64,000 nucleotides of DNA. Source: Campylobacterales bacterium. GTDB lineage: Bacteria > Campylobacterota > Campylobacteria > Campylobacterales > JALSKU01. The notes under the pieces were generated by a model. It made no database searches. It was not told where the DNA came from and saw only the letters and a program-made list of their open reading frames with translations. Position numbers and translations under genes: made by a program. Where the stretch lies: NCBI GenBank assembly GCA_027044945.1, contig JALUBK010000038.1, positions 8,635-72,634 of the forward strand, written 5' to 3'. Each line of letters begins with the position of its first letter. Position 1 is the stretch's first letter. This document shows, piece after piece, positions 42,879 to 53,269 of this stretch.

Positions 42879-43385
42879 TTATATTTTTATATTTTTATAA
42901 AAGTAAATATGCCAAATCCCATTTTCGTTTTTAGAATAATGCTCAAATCCTTTTTTTCCAAGAACAGAATACAATGGAGTTGCTTCAAAAGTATTGATAA
43001 TATGCAATATTTTTCCATTTAAGTTTTCAATATTTTGCATAATAACTCCAAACGGATCAATACCTTTAGCTAAACTATCTCTTACATCTAAGTCTATTAT
43101 TTGATTTTCTTTTAACCAATTTGGCTTATCATTTTTAATATCAATCTTCATATCAGGATAGGCTTCATAAAATTCTTTTTCTAATCCATTTTTTTTATTT
43201 ACAATAAGCAATAAATCTTTAATATCTACATTTAATTGGTCAGCAATATTTTGCAATGTTGTTTCCTCTTTCATGTTTATATCAACATTTTTTACCTTCA
43301 TAACTTCTTGTAATGCTGAAATTATTTTGTTATTATTTTTAATCTCAGCAAAAGTTGTATCACCATGAAATATTTTTTTTATCAT
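42879..43385 (-). CDS. DUF1858 + DUF2249 (TusA/SirA-like fold) domain protein
   Basis: 168 aa. N-terminal T..EI.......ALQ.. pattern. C-terminal LDVRDSLAKGIDPFGVIMQNIENLNGKILHIINTFEATPLYSVLGKKGFEH matches the DUF2249 pattern as I recall it. Confidence 0.45.
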   Translation of the reverse strand: MIKKIFHGDTTFAEIKNNNKIISALQEVMKVKNVDINMKEETTLQNIADQLNVDIKDLLLIVNKKNGLEKEFYEAYPDMKIDIKNDKPNWLKENQIIDLDVRDSLAKGIDPFGVIMQNIENLNGKILHIINTFEATPLYSVLGKKGFEHYSKNENGIWHIYFYKNIKI

Positions 43386-43504
43386 TTTAAACTCCCAATT
43401 TTTTTTAAAGGAATATTATAACATTTTAAATATTAATTTTTATTAACCATTTATTAAGATTTTATAGATATAATACTTTTTAATAAAGATTAGGAGGAAA
43501 AAAA

Positions 43505-44248
43505 ATGGCTCTTTATGATAGAGAATATATAAAAAATAAGATATCTGAAAATATATCTGAAAAATCAAGCAATAATGAAAAAAGTAATCTTGCTGTTTTT
43601 ATCAAGCAAACTTATCAACTTTTTGCGGCTTCTTTATTATCGGCAAGTGCTGGAGCATACATAGGCACAATTTATTTAGTAAATTCTCTTGTAAAAATAG
43701 GAGCAAACGGACAACCAACCGTCGCTGGATGGTTTTGGGGGCTTGTAATACTTGAATTTGTTTTACTTTTTGGGCTTATGACGGCAAAAAAGAAAGAAGG
43801 TTTAAATCTTATTTTACTTTTTGCTTTTACTTTTGTAAGTGGATTAACTCTTGCACCTATGCTTTCATCATATTTAATGCTACCAAATGGAGCATCCATC
43901 ATAACCGAAGCATTTGTTTTGACAACTGTTGCTTTTGGAGGATTGTCTATATTTGCAATGAATACAAAAAGAGATTTCTCTGCAATTGGAAAAATGCTTT
44001 TTATAACATTAATAATAATTATTGTGGCAAGTCTTATTAATATTTTTACAAAAAGTCCATTGTTCCAGCTTGTCATAGCAAGTGTAGGGGCTATACTTTT
44101 TAGTGCTTTTATTCTTTATGATACACAAAATATAATAAAAGGCAAAATAGAAACTCCTATTGAAGCAGCTGTAAGCTTATATCTTGATTTTTTAAATTTA
44201 TTTATTTCTCTTTTACAAATTCTTGGAATTTTTTCAAGCAGAGACTAA
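43505..44248 (+). CDS. Bax inhibitor-1 / YccA family membrane protein
   Basis: 247 aa with seven predicted TM segments. The FIKQTYQLFAASLL start and C-terminal YDTQNII......P..AA..LYLDFLNLF are typical of the family. TAGGAGG Shine-Dalgarno. Confidence 0.85.
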   Translation: MALYDREYIKNKISENISEKSSNNEKSNLAVFIKQTYQLFAASLLSASAGAYIGTIYLVNSLVKIGANGQPTVAGWFWGLVILEFVLLFGLMTAKKKEGLNLILLFAFTFVSGLTLAPMLSSYLMLPNGASIITEAFVLTTVAFGGLSIFAMNTKRDFSAIGKMLFITLIIIIVASLINIFTKSPLFQLVIASVGAILFSAFILYDTQNIIKGKIETPIEAAVSLYLDFLNLFISLLQILGIFSSRD

Positions 44249-45027
44249 TTGAGAGGGGATCTTTCCCCTTTAATATACAACACTTCAAACTCCAAATAAT
44301 CAAGAGGATAATTTTGTATAAGCTGTTTTGTATCAACATAGCTTAATTTTCTTTTGCCTCCGCTTACTCCACTTTTTTTGATATAACGAAATTTAGAAAG
44401 ATTATCTGAAAAATACAATTTATTCTTTTCTATTTCAAATTTGATATTGTAATATTTTTGAAAAATTTTGATTATATTTTCATATTTTGGTAAAAAAGAT
44501 TTTAAACCTGCTGTTTTATAAATAGTTTTAAATGTTCCTTCACAAAAAATAGAAACAGCACACTGATTTGATATTTTTGAAAAATTTTTTATAACTTTTT
44601 CTATATTATGACACCATTGCAAAGATGATGAAGAAATCATAAGGTCAAAATTATGATTTTTTAATTCATTCTCATAAAACAAATCATCTTCATAATTAGC
44701 ATTTAATATTTTTATTTTATCGCTTTTGGGATGAAGTTTACACATAGTTTTTGATATATCAATGCCTATAAAATTATCCAATTCCCAATCTATAAGTTTA
44801 TATATTTCACCACAACCACAACCAAGATCAATAATTTTCTTTGGATGAGTATCAAGCCATGAGATAAGTTTTTTAGCAACTTGTTTTTGAATAATATTGT
44901 ATTCGTTATAATTTTTTGCATTTTTAGAAAACTCTCTTTCTACAGATTGTTTCACTTTGTTTTTTCCTTTTTTGTTAAAGATTGTTTCTCTTAATTGTTT
45001 CTTTAATATTTTTTCGATATACTTCAA
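44245..45027 (-). CDS. SAM-dependent methyltransferase, BioC-like (malonyl-ACP O-methyltransferase candidate)
   Basis: 260 aa. FSKNAKNYNEYNIIQKQVAKKL followed by SAM motif I IIDLGCGCGE. Confidence 0.55.
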   Translation of the reverse strand: MKYIEKILKKQLRETIFNKKGKNKVKQSVEREFSKNAKNYNEYNIIQKQVAKKLISWLDTHPKKIIDLGCGCGEIYKLIDWELDNFIGIDISKTMCKLHPKSDKIKILNANYEDDLFYENELKNHNFDLMISSSSLQWCHNIEKVIKNFSKISNQCAVSIFCEGTFKTIYKTAGLKSFLPKYENIIKIFQKYYNIKFEIEKNKLYFSDNLSKFRYIKKSGVSGGKRKLSYVDTKQLIQNYPLDYLEFEVLYIKGERSPLN

Positions 45028-45074
45028 AGCTAATCAGGGTATTTTACCCTATTTTTAATAAAAGGATATTTATT

Positions 45075-45422
45075 ATGACAACCATTGTTTTGGTTTTACA
45101 ATTTGTTTTAGCTATAATATTAACAATAGCCATACTTTTACAAAAAAGCTCTTCTATTGGTTTTGGTGCTTATAGTGGAAGTAATGAATCGCTTTTTGGT
45201 GCTAAAGGACCTGCTGGTTTTTTAGTAAAATTTACTTTTATAGTAGGTTTTTTATTTATAGTAAATACTTTAACGTTAGGATATTTTTACAACCAATCAA
45301 AAAAAGCTTCTTTAGCAGAAAAAATAAAAATAGAAAAACCAATCAAAAAAGCCCCAATAGTTCCGACTTTACCGACAACTACAAAAACCAATGAAACCCC
45401 AAAAGCACCCACAACAAAATAA
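45075..45422 (+). CDS. secG: Preprotein translocase subunit SecG
   Basis: The ATG at 45075 (AAAGGA Shine-Dalgarno upstream) gives MTTIVLVLQFVLAIILTIAILLQKSSS..., the SecG signature. The track ORF start at 44982 is an upstream read-through. Confidence 0.85.
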   Translation: MTTIVLVLQFVLAIILTIAILLQKSSSIGFGAYSGSNESLFGAKGPAGFLVKFTFIVGFLFIVNTLTLGYFYNQSKKASLAEKIKIEKPIKKAPIVPTLPTTTKTNETPKAPTTK

Positions 45423-46404
45423 TATAATTTTTTTAAAAAAAGGAGTCAAAATAACTTTGCTCCTTTTTTTACTTCCAATCTTTTTATATGGAGATGCTCA
45501 TATCTTTGTTTATCATAGATTTGGAGACAATAGATACAAAAGCACAGATACTTCTATTAAAGAGTTAAAAAAAGAGTTTAATTTTTTTAAAAAAAATAAA
45601 TATAAAGTTATAAAACTTGAAACTTTGATAAATGCAATTAAAAACAAAAAAGATATTAATGACAAATGGGTAGTATTAACAATCGATGATAATTTTCAAA
45701 GTTTTTGGACAAATGGTTTTAAAATTTTTAAACAATTTCATTATCCCTTTACAATTTTTGTATATGTTCAATCGGCTGAAAAAAAATACCCAGACTACAT
45801 GAGTTGGAAAGAATTAAAAGAGATAAATAAATATGGATCTATTCAATATCACTCTTATTCACATCCTCATTTAACTTACAAAAGCGATAAAGAGATAAAA
45901 GCAGATTTTATCAAAGGTTTAAAAATATTTCAAAAAAGAATGGGATTTAAACCAAAATATTTTGCTTATCCTTATGGAGAATTTGATACAAGAGTTCAAA
46001 AAATAGTAAAACAATTTAATTTTCAAGCAATATTAAATCAAAACATAGGAGCAATTAGTAAAAATAGCAATATATACAATTTAGATAGAAATGCTCTCGT
46101 AGGAAAAACTTTTTTAAAAAGAGACTTGAGATACAAAGATTTAAAAATTAAGTGGATTAAACCAAAAGTTTATCCAAAAAATGGAATTTTAAAAGAAATT
46201 ATGGCAAAATTATATAATAAAAGTATTAAAAATATTAGTTATTATCTTAGCGGATATGGATGGCATAAAACAAATATAAAAAATGGAATAATAGATATAA
46301 ATATTGACAAAAAGCTAATCCATCAAAGAAATAGAATAGTTATCAAAGTTGGAAATAAAATAAAAACAAAACTTTTAATAAAGGACAAATATGGAACTAA
46401 ATGA
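45391..46404 (+). CDS. Secreted polysaccharide deacetylase (NodB / CE4-like) family protein
   Basis: 337 aa. [23 protein letters not shown] and FAYPYGE blocks. The start is uncertain: ATG at 45391 overlaps secG by 32 nt, and an alternative TTG at 45457 follows AAGGAG. Confidence 0.7.
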   Translation: MKPQKHPQQNNIIFLKKGVKITLLLFLLPIFLYGDAHIFVYHRFGDNRYKSTDTSIKELKKEFNFFKKNKYKVIKLETLINAIKNKKDINDKWVVLTIDDNFQSFWTNGFKIFKQFHYPFTIFVYVQSAEKKYPDYMSWKELKEINKYGSIQYHSYSHPHLTYKSDKEIKADFIKGLKIFQKRMGFKPKYFAYPYGEFDTRVQKIVKQFNFQAILNQNIGAISKNSNIYNLDRNALVGKTFLKRDLRYKDLKIKWIKPKVYPKNGILKEIMAKLYNKSIKNISYYLSGYGWHKTNIKNGIIDINIDKKLIHQRNRIVIKVGNKIKTKLLIKDKYGTK

Positions 46405-46951
46405 AATAAAAGAAAAAACTAAAGAAAGTATGCAAAAAAGCATAGAATCTTTAAAAAAAGATTTTACAACTCTTAGAAGCGGAAAAGTATCTATTAGTAT
46501 ACTTGATAATATAAAAGTTGATTATTACGGAACTCCTACAGCACTAAATCAAGTAGCAACTATTTTAGCAACAGATGCAACTACTATCACTATAACACCA
46601 TGGGAAAAAAATGTTTTAAAAAGCATTGAACAATCCATCCAAAGTGCCAATATAGGGGTCAATCCTAACAATGATGGAGAAAATATCAAACTATTTTTTC
46701 CTCCAATGACAGTTGAACAAAGAGAAGAAAATGCTAAAAAAGCTAAAGCCATGGGAGAAAAAGCAAAAATTGCCATAAGAAATATAAGAAAAGATTCAAA
46801 TAATAAAACAAAACAACTCGAAAAAGAAAAAGAGATAACAGAAGATGAAAGTAAAAAAGCTCATGAAGATATTCAAAAAATAACAGATAATTTTACAGCT
46901 GAAATTGACAATCTTGTCAAAAACAAAGAAGCTGAACTTATGAAAGTTTAA
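46391..46951 (+). CDS. frr: Ribosome recycling factor
   Basis: 186 aa; F..LR.GK.S...LD.I.VDYYG..T.L.Q.A pattern. Confidence 0.96.
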   Translation: MELNEIKEKTKESMQKSIESLKKDFTTLRSGKVSISILDNIKVDYYGTPTALNQVATILATDATTITITPWEKNVLKSIEQSIQSANIGVNPNNDGENIKLFFPPMTVEQREENAKKAKAMGEKAKIAIRNIRKDSNNKTKQLEKEKEITEDESKKAHEDIQKITDNFTAEIDNLVKNKEAELMKV

Positions 46952-46952
46952 T

Positions 46953-47561
46953 ATGAATTTAAAACAAATATATAAAGACAATGGGGCACTTTTAGAGGGG
47001 CATTTTTTACTTAGTAGCGGAAATCATTCAAATTTTTATCTTCAAAGTGCAAAAGTTTTGGAAAATCCAAAAACAGCCGAAATTTTAGCTAAAAATTTAG
47101 CTAAAAAAATTAAAGAAGCCAATATTCAAATAGATACTGTCTGCTCTCCTGCACTTGGTGGAATATTGGCAGGATATGAACTTGCAAGAGCTTTAAATGT
47201 TAGATTTATTTTTGCAGAAAGAGTTGATGGTAAAATGACAATAAGAAGAGGCTTTGAGATTATAAAAAATGAAAATGTTTTAATTTGTGAAGATATTATT
47301 ACTACCGGTGGATCAGCACTTGAAGCTGGAGAAGTTGTTAAATCTCTTGGCGGAAATATTGTTGGATTTGCTGCTATTGCAAATCGCGGATTTTGTAAAA
47401 TTTATGGAGAAGATAAAGAGCAAAAAAAAGAGTGTAAATTGCCAAAAAACTTACCATTTTTTGCACTTGGAAATTTCGAATTTGAAATCTATAAACCCAA
47501 CAACTGTCCTATGTGCAAAGAGGGGACAAAAGCTATCAAACCAGGAAGCCGAGGAAATTAA
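46953..47561 (+). CDS. pyrE: Orotate phosphoribosyltransferase
   Basis: 202 aa. GHF.L.SG.HS..Y.Q and PRPP-binding loop [13 protein letters not shown]. Confidence 0.93.
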   Translation: MNLKQIYKDNGALLEGHFLLSSGNHSNFYLQSAKVLENPKTAEILAKNLAKKIKEANIQIDTVCSPALGGILAGYELARALNVRFIFAERVDGKMTIRRGFEIIKNENVLICEDIITTGGSALEAGEVVKSLGGNIVGFAAIANRGFCKIYGEDKEQKKECKLPKNLPFFALGNFEFEIYKPNNCPMCKEGTKAIKPGSRGN

Positions 47562-48022
47562 TGAAATGGAGGGATATCAAAAAGGGTAAAAAAAATAAAA
47601 AAATAAAAAACATAAATAACAACATTCCTTATGCTTCTATCCCTTCAAAAATAAAAGCATTTTTAACAGATATGTTTATGATTATGATGCCTTTGGCATA
47701 TACAGTTACATATGTTATAATGAATGGAAAAAATGATATGCAAAATTCACTCGCAGGAAGAAACTCCTTGTGGATAGTTTATGGTTTAATTATGGCTTTA
47801 TTTTGGTCAATCAAAGGACAAAGTCCCGGATATAAAGCTTATAATTTATACCTTGTAGATACAAAAACAATGAAAAAACCATCTTTTTTAAAATCAATTT
47901 TAAGATATCTTTTTTTTGTTATATCAGCCACAACTATTATTGGTGAATGTATTGCATTTTTCAGAAAAGATAAAAAAACACTACATGATTTATTCAGTGG
48001 CACTTTTGTCATTGAAAAATAA
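47561..48022 (+). CDS. RDD family membrane protein
   Basis: The ATG at 47561 overlaps the pyrE stop (TAATG). AS..KR..A...D pattern (ASIPSKIKAFLTDMF), TM helices and late R..HD (KKTLHD) are typical of RDD domains. Confidence 0.6.
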   Translation: MKWRDIKKGKKNKKIKNINNNIPYASIPSKIKAFLTDMFMIMMPLAYTVTYVIMNGKNDMQNSLAGRNSLWIVYGLIMALFWSIKGQSPGYKAYNLYLVDTKTMKKPSFLKSILRYLFFVISATTIIGECIAFFRKDKKTLHDLFSGTFVIEK

Positions 48023-49119
48023 TGTTTTTACTTAGCGGATTTTTCTTTTGGTATTTTGCCGGTATTGGTATTTATATCATTTTTTTACCCAAAATATTAA
48101 GTTCCATTGGATATTCTCCTATTCAAATAGGTATTATATTTTCTATTATTCCTTTAATGAGATTTTTGACACCTTTTTTATTTTTAAAAATTTTTAATTT
48201 AACAAAAAAAATTTATCAATATTCTCTTTTTATATCTCTTTTAGGGATTATTGCCCTATTTTTTACTATACATAATTTCTATCTTTTACTTTTAAGTATT
48301 GCAATATTTGGAGGAGCAAATGGTCTCATCATGCCTTATGTCGATACTATAGCACTTGAAAAATTACAAAAAAATTATGGAAAAAGCAGACTTTGGGGTT
48401 CTTTAGGATTTATGTTAATAGGACTTATTCTTGCAAAATATTTAAATGGTTATAAAATCGGACTCTATTTTTATCTTATTGTTGATATTTTTGTCTTTAT
48501 ATTTGGTGTATTAATATCACTCGATACTAAAAAATTCAACCTTCAAAAAGACAAGAAAACTAAAAATAATTTTTCACTTTTAAAATATTGGCAATTTTGG
48601 CTTAGCATTCTTCTTGTGCAAATATCTTTTGGATTTTTTTATAATTTTTTCACAATATATGAAAATGCACATGGAATTTCTTTGAAAATGGTCAGTTATT
48701 TATGGAGTGTATCCATAATTTGTGAAATTGTCATGTTTGCCTTTCAAAATAAAATTTTAAATTTTAATATTTTAAACTTGATAAAATTTTCTATTTTTAT
48801 AACATCGCTAAGATGGCTTCTTTTATATCTATTTCCATCGTTATTGGCAGTTTCGTTTTTAACTCAAACATTTCATGCTATAAGTTTTGCTCTTTTTCAC
48901 ACAGCAACCATAACATATCTTTATAGATTATATGAGCAAAAAAAATTATCTATGCAGTTTTATCACGGTATTTCATATGGACTTGGAGGTTTTATAGGAT
49001 CTTTACTTTCAGGATATTTTTATGGAAAATATTTATTTTTAGTAGCTTTTCTTATAGCCATATTATCTTTAATAATTTTGTTTTTTGCACCCAATAATAA
49101 GGATATCTATAACAATTAG
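48022..49119 (+). CDS. MFS-type transporter (MFS_1_like)
   Basis: 365 aa with about 12 hydrophobic segments. YGK.R.WGS.GF loop between TM helices. Substrate unknown. Confidence 0.6.
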   Translation: MFLLSGFFFWYFAGIGIYIIFLPKILSSIGYSPIQIGIIFSIIPLMRFLTPFLFLKIFNLTKKIYQYSLFISLLGIIALFFTIHNFYLLLLSIAIFGGANGLIMPYVDTIALEKLQKNYGKSRLWGSLGFMLIGLILAKYLNGYKIGLYFYLIVDIFVFIFGVLISLDTKKFNLQKDKKTKNNFSLLKYWQFWLSILLVQISFGFFYNFFTIYENAHGISLKMVSYLWSVSIICEIVMFAFQNKILNFNILNLIKFSIFITSLRWLLLYLFPSLLAVSFLTQTFHAISFALFHTATITYLYRLYEQKKLSMQFYHGISYGLGGFIGSLLSGYFYGKYLFLVAFLIAILSLIILFFAPNNKDIYNN

Positions 49120-49133
49120 ATACCCTTGTTGTT

Positions 49134-50945
49134 TTATGCTTCTTTTTTTCGTGCCATTCTTTTTCTTATGGTTGGATCAAGATATCTTTTTCTAAGTCTT
49201 ATGCTTTTTGGTGTTACTTCTACTATTTCATCGTCTTCTATCCATTCCAATGCCGATTCAAGAGTTATAGCTCTTGGAGGGACAAGTTTGATAGCTTCAT
49301 CAGCACCGCTACTTCGAACATTTGTAAGATTTTTACCTTTTATAGGATTTACATCCAAATCATTTGTTCTTGCATGTTCGCCTATAATCATACCAGTATA
49401 AACTTTATCTTGAGGCTTGATAAACAAAGTTCCCCTATCTTGTAAATTAAACAAAGAATATCCAAGTGCAACTCCATTTTCCATAGAAATCAGAGCACCA
49501 TTCATTCTGTGTTCAACAGTTCCTCCAAGAGGTCTAAAATCTAAAAAGGAATTGTTTAAAACACCTTCTCCTTTGGTATCGGTTAAAAATTGACTTCTAA
49601 AACCTATAAGCCCCCGTGCTGGAATCTCAAATTCCATTCTTGTCTGTCCATCATTCATAGGAACCATAGATATCATTTCAGCTCTTCTTTTTCCAAGTTT
49701 TTCTATAACAACACCTGTAAAATCATCTGGGGCATCAATAACTAAAAGTTCATAAGGCTCCATTTTAACACCATTTTCTTCTTTAATAATAACTTCTGGT
49801 CTTGCAAGTGAAAATTCAAAACCTTCTCGTCTTAAATTTTCAGCCAATATTGTTATTTGCAATTCGCCTCTTCCTGAAACTTTAAAACTTCCTTCACCAA
49901 TATTTTCGTATTTCATGGCAATATTTGTTTTCATTTCATTTTCAAGTCTTTCTTGAAGTTTATTTGAAGTTACATATTTGCCTTCAGTTCCAGCCAATGG
50001 GGAATTATTAACCGCAAAAACAACAGATAAAGTAGGTTCTTCTATATGCATAGGATCTAATGGCATAGGATTAGCCGGATCTACCAAACTATCTCCTATA
50101 TCAAGTGCTTCAAATCCAGCGATAGCTACTATATCACCACTATATGCTTCATCTATATCGATTCTATCAAGTCCTAAAAATCCAATTAACTTGCTTACTC
50201 TTCCAGTTATTCTTTCTCCATTGCTTTTTGCTAAAAGTATATTTTGATTTTTTTTGATAACCCCATTAAATATTCTTGCTATTCCAATTTTGCCTACAAA
50301 ATTATCATAATCAAGTGTAAAAACTTGGATTTGTGTAGGATTATTTATATCTCCTTTAGGAGCTGGAACTTCTTTGATGATAGTTTCAAAAAGAGGTTCT
50401 AAATTTTTATTTTCATCTTCCATGTTATATTTTGCATAACCATCTCTAGCTGCTGCATAAATTACAGGAAAATCAAGTTGATCTTCGCTGGCTTCCATAG
50501 CTACAAAAAGATCAAATATTTCATCCACAACCCTATCTGGATCAGCTGCTGCTTTATCTATTTTATTAATTACCACAATCGGCTTTAATCCTAAAGAAAG
50601 TGCTTTTTTAACAACAAATTTTGTTTGAGGCATAACACCCTCTTGTGCATCTACTAGCAAAAGCACTCCATCAACCATTTTCAAAACCCGTTCAACTTCA
50701 CCACCAAAATCAGCATGACCTGGAGTATCAATTATATTTATTTTATAATTATTATGAATAATTGCCGTATTTTTTGAAAGAATAGTTATCCCTCTTTCCT
50801 TTTCTAAATCATTACTATCCATGACTCTCTCGGCAACTTTTTGATTGTCTCTAAAGGTATGTGACTGTTTAAGTAATTCATCAACCAATGTAGTTTTTCC
50901 ATGATCAACATGAGCAATAACTGCTATATTTCTAATCTCTTGCAC
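49134..50945 (-). CDS. typA: Translational GTPase TypA/BipA
   Basis: 603 aa. [40 protein letters not shown]-like domains. Confidence 0.96.
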   Translation of the reverse strand: MQEIRNIAVIAHVDHGKTTLVDELLKQSHTFRDNQKVAERVMDSNDLEKERGITILSKNTAIIHNNYKINIIDTPGHADFGGEVERVLKMVDGVLLLVDAQEGVMPQTKFVVKKALSLGLKPIVVINKIDKAAADPDRVVDEIFDLFVAMEASEDQLDFPVIYAAARDGYAKYNMEDENKNLEPLFETIIKEVPAPKGDINNPTQIQVFTLDYDNFVGKIGIARIFNGVIKKNQNILLAKSNGERITGRVSKLIGFLGLDRIDIDEAYSGDIVAIAGFEALDIGDSLVDPANPMPLDPMHIEEPTLSVVFAVNNSPLAGTEGKYVTSNKLQERLENEMKTNIAMKYENIGEGSFKVSGRGELQITILAENLRREGFEFSLARPEVIIKEENGVKMEPYELLVIDAPDDFTGVVIEKLGKRRAEMISMVPMNDGQTRMEFEIPARGLIGFRSQFLTDTKGEGVLNNSFLDFRPLGGTVEHRMNGALISMENGVALGYSLFNLQDRGTLFIKPQDKVYTGMIIGEHARTNDLDVNPIKGKNLTNVRSSGADEAIKLVPPRAITLESALEWIEDDEIVEVTPKSIRLRKRYLDPTIRKRMARKKEA

Positions 50946-51017
50946 TAATTTTCCTTATTATCTTTTATATAAAAATGCATTTTATCTAAAACAAGCTGAA
51001 AAAGAAAGAAAAAATTT

Positions 51018-51034
51018 TGGAATGAATTTTGCTT
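51018..51034 (+). promoter_or_regulatory. Sigma54 (RpoN) promoter upstream of fliK
   Basis: TGGAAT-gaatt-TTGCTT. GG at 51019-20 and GC at 51031-32 (GG-N10-GC), 32 nt before the fliK ATG. Confidence 0.65.
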
Positions 51035-51066
51035 TAATAACATAAACTTATATTTTAAGGCTTACA

Positions 51067-52587
51067 ATGAATTTATTATTAGCAATGAACAGCAATGAAA
51101 TATCAGAACTTTTATCTTTGAAGAATGGAAAAACTTCTCTTTCAAAAGAAAAAGGAATACCTGTTAATATTCAATCTGAATTTAAAGATTTTTTAACTAA
51201 TTTATTAAGTGATACAAAAATTCAAACAGATGATAAAAACAAATTGCTTTCAAACGATAAAAATAATAATCAAGAAACAAAAGAAACAAAGCTAAATCTT
51301 TTAAATAACGACGATAAACAACCACCTGCTAAAAAAATAACATTAAATGAATTATTGAATTTCGTCTTGTATCTAAAATCAAATGGACTTAAAGGAAATT
51401 TTCCAACAGATACAAAAAAAATAGATACTATTTTAACTGATAAAAAAGCAATTTATGATTTTAAAAATATAAAAAATATAAAAGATTTATTTCAAGTAGC
51501 AAAAAAATATAATATAAAAATAGAAAAATTTGAATTTTTTAAAGAAGATGATAAAAAAATAATTTTGACAACAAAAAAAGATATAGAAAAAATAATTAAA
51601 AAAACCGATACCGTTTCTAATTTTCAAAAACAACCGTTAGAAAAAATAGACAAACAAATAAAAACAAAAAACACCAAATCTACAAGTGAAGAAATATTAA
51701 ATTTATCAAAAAACAAGCAAATTAAAAAAACCGATACCGTTTCTAATTTTCAAAAACAACCGTTAGAAAAAATATTGCAAAATATATCCAATAATCATAA
51801 AAAAGAGATAAAAGAACCCATAATTCAAAATGTTTCAAAAAATAAAATATCATTAAAACAATCTCAATCTGTGCAAACAAAAAATGATTTACCTATTATT
51901 AATAATACAAATGTATCGAAAAATATTTCTAGCATGAAGAAAAAAGACAAGCATGTTCTTACAAAAGAAAAAGGGATAAAAATTGCTTCAAATTTTGATA
52001 CAGATAAAAAAACTTTACAAGCCAAAGATATTATTACCCACAAAAAAACAAAAACGATACAAAAGCATCATTCTAAAAATCAAGCAAAAATTGAAAAAAA
52101 TATTCCACAAACAAATCCTACGGATGCTCCCGAAAAACATATATTTACTTCTGAAAACAATATAGGAAAAATAGATACAAATCATCAAAATATACAAATA
52201 AAACAAACTTTACAATATTTTGCAAACGATTTACATCAAGAAATTCAAAATTATAAGCCTCCTCTTAGCAGGATTAAAATGACATTAAATCCTAAAAATT
52301 TAGGAAATGTTGATGTAAGCATTGTAAGCAGAGGCAATAATTTACAAGTCAATATCAGCTCAAACAACAATACAATGGCAATTTTTACACAAAATCAAGC
52401 AGAATTTAAAAATTCTTTAGTAAATATGGGGTTCAGTAATTTGAACATGAATTTTAATTCAAACTCAAATAGCCATAATGAACAAAGACATAAATCAAAC
52501 AAGGAAAACAACAATTTTGAAGAAATTAATGACAACGACATGGAAAATCAACAAACAATCACACTTATTGTGCCAAAATATATATAA
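51067..52587 (+). CDS. fliK: Flagellar hook-length control protein FliK
   Basis: 506 aa. Low-complexity Lys/Asn-rich ruler region and C-terminal Flg_hook-type domain (IKMTLNPKNLGNVDVSIVSRGNNLQVNISS). Followed by flgD-flgE genes. Confidence 0.8.
   Translation: MNLLLAMNSNEISELLSLKNGKTSLSKEKGIPVNIQSEFKDFLTNLLSDTKIQTDDKNKLLSNDKNNNQETKETKLNLLNNDDKQPPAKKITLNELLNFVLYLKSNGLKGNFPTDTKKIDTILTDKKAIYDFKNIKNIKDLFQVAKKYNIKIEKFEFFKEDDKKIILTTKKDIEKIIKKTDTVSNFQKQPLEKIDKQIKTKNTKSTSEEILNLSKNKQIKKTDTVSNFQKQPLEKILQNISNNHKKEIKEPIIQNVSKNKISLKQSQSVQTKNDLPIINNTNVSKNISSMKKKDKHVLTKEKGIKIASNFDTDKKTLQAKDIITHKKTKTIQKHHSKNQAKIEKNIPQTNPTDAPEKHIFTSENNIGKIDTNHQNIQIKQTLQYFANDLHQEIQNYKPPLSRIKMTLNPKNLGNVDVSIVSRGNNLQVNISSNNNTMAIFTQNQAEFKNSLVNMGFSNLNMNFNSNSNSHNEQRHKSNKENNNFEEINDNDMENQQTITLIVPKYI
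51595..51648. repeat. Copy 1 of a perfect 54-bp direct repeat inside fliK
   Basis: attaaaaaaaccgataccgtttctaattttcaaaaacaaccgttagaaaaaata, identical to 51721-51774. Encodes IKKTDTVSNFQKQPLEKI. Confidence 0.95.
51721..51774. repeat. Copy 2 of the perfect 54-bp direct repeat inside fliK (126-nt period, in frame)
   Basis: Identical to 51595-51648 by direct reading. Confidence 0.95.
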
Positions 52588-52597
52588 AGGATAAACG

Positions 52598-53260
52598 ATG
52601 GTTTCAGATATGATAAATACAATCCCAACAACAACAAACAAATCTTCAATAGTAACAAATCCAAAAAGTATTCTTGGTAAAGATGATTTTATGAAACTTC
52701 TTTTGACAGAATTAAAATATCAAGATCCTACAAACCCAATGGATACTGAAAAAATACTTGCACAAACTTCACAACTTGCTACACTTGAATCAACAGACAA
52801 TACAAATAAAACTTTGGAAAAATTATCTTCTCAGCTTGAGGCAAGTAGTAATTTAGGAATGGTTTCGGCAATAGGAAAAATGGGTAGCCTCGGAACAGAT
52901 AGTATTTCTCTTTTAAAAGGTTCAAAACCAAATTTTGACTTATATTTTAAAAACGATATTCAAAGTGGAAAAGTTTATATTAAAGACATGAAAGGAAATA
53001 TTGTAAAAACATTTTTATTAAAACCACAAAAAGCTGGAGTTCTTTCATTTAGTTGGGATGGAACAAACAATAGCGGACAAAGGGTTTCTGCTGGCAGTTA
53101 TAGCATTAGTGCAAATTATATTGATGACAAAAATGATAATTTAACTACACAATATGGCACTTATCCTATTAGTTCCGTAAAATTTAATAACGGTAAAGCA
53201 CTTTTAAAACTTGGAAATAATTATTATTCTCTTAATCAAGTCAAAGAAATATATGAATAG
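52598..53260 (+). CDS. flgD: Flagellar hook capping / assembly protein FlgD
   Basis: 220 aa. LGKDDFMKLLLTELKYQDPTNPMD is the FlgD signature. C-terminal FLgD Ig/tudor-like region (F.WDG.NN.G......G.Y). Confidence 0.92.
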   Translation: MVSDMINTIPTTTNKSSIVTNPKSILGKDDFMKLLLTELKYQDPTNPMDTEKILAQTSQLATLESTDNTNKTLEKLSSQLEASSNLGMVSAIGKMGSLGTDSISLLKGSKPNFDLYFKNDIQSGKVYIKDMKGNIVKTFLLKPQKAGVLSFSWDGTNNSGQRVSAGSYSISANYIDDKNDNLTTQYGTYPISSVKFNNGKALLKLGNNYYSLNQVKEIYE

Positions 53261-53269
53261 GGTTGAAAA

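Noticed and set aside
44982-45074. The track adds N-terminal extensions through alternative or upstream starts. Affected genes: secG (44982), the RDD protein (47513), gltX (61300), rpsE (5926), rpsJ (13501), rpsQ (8915), rpsM (2355), rplC (13168) and the HyfF-like gene (25884).
   Set aside because: - Downstream starts give the canonical N-termini and have better Shine-Dalgarno spacing.
- The extensions would overlap upstream genes.
- Coordinates were trimmed accordingly, and the residual uncertainty is noted per feature.
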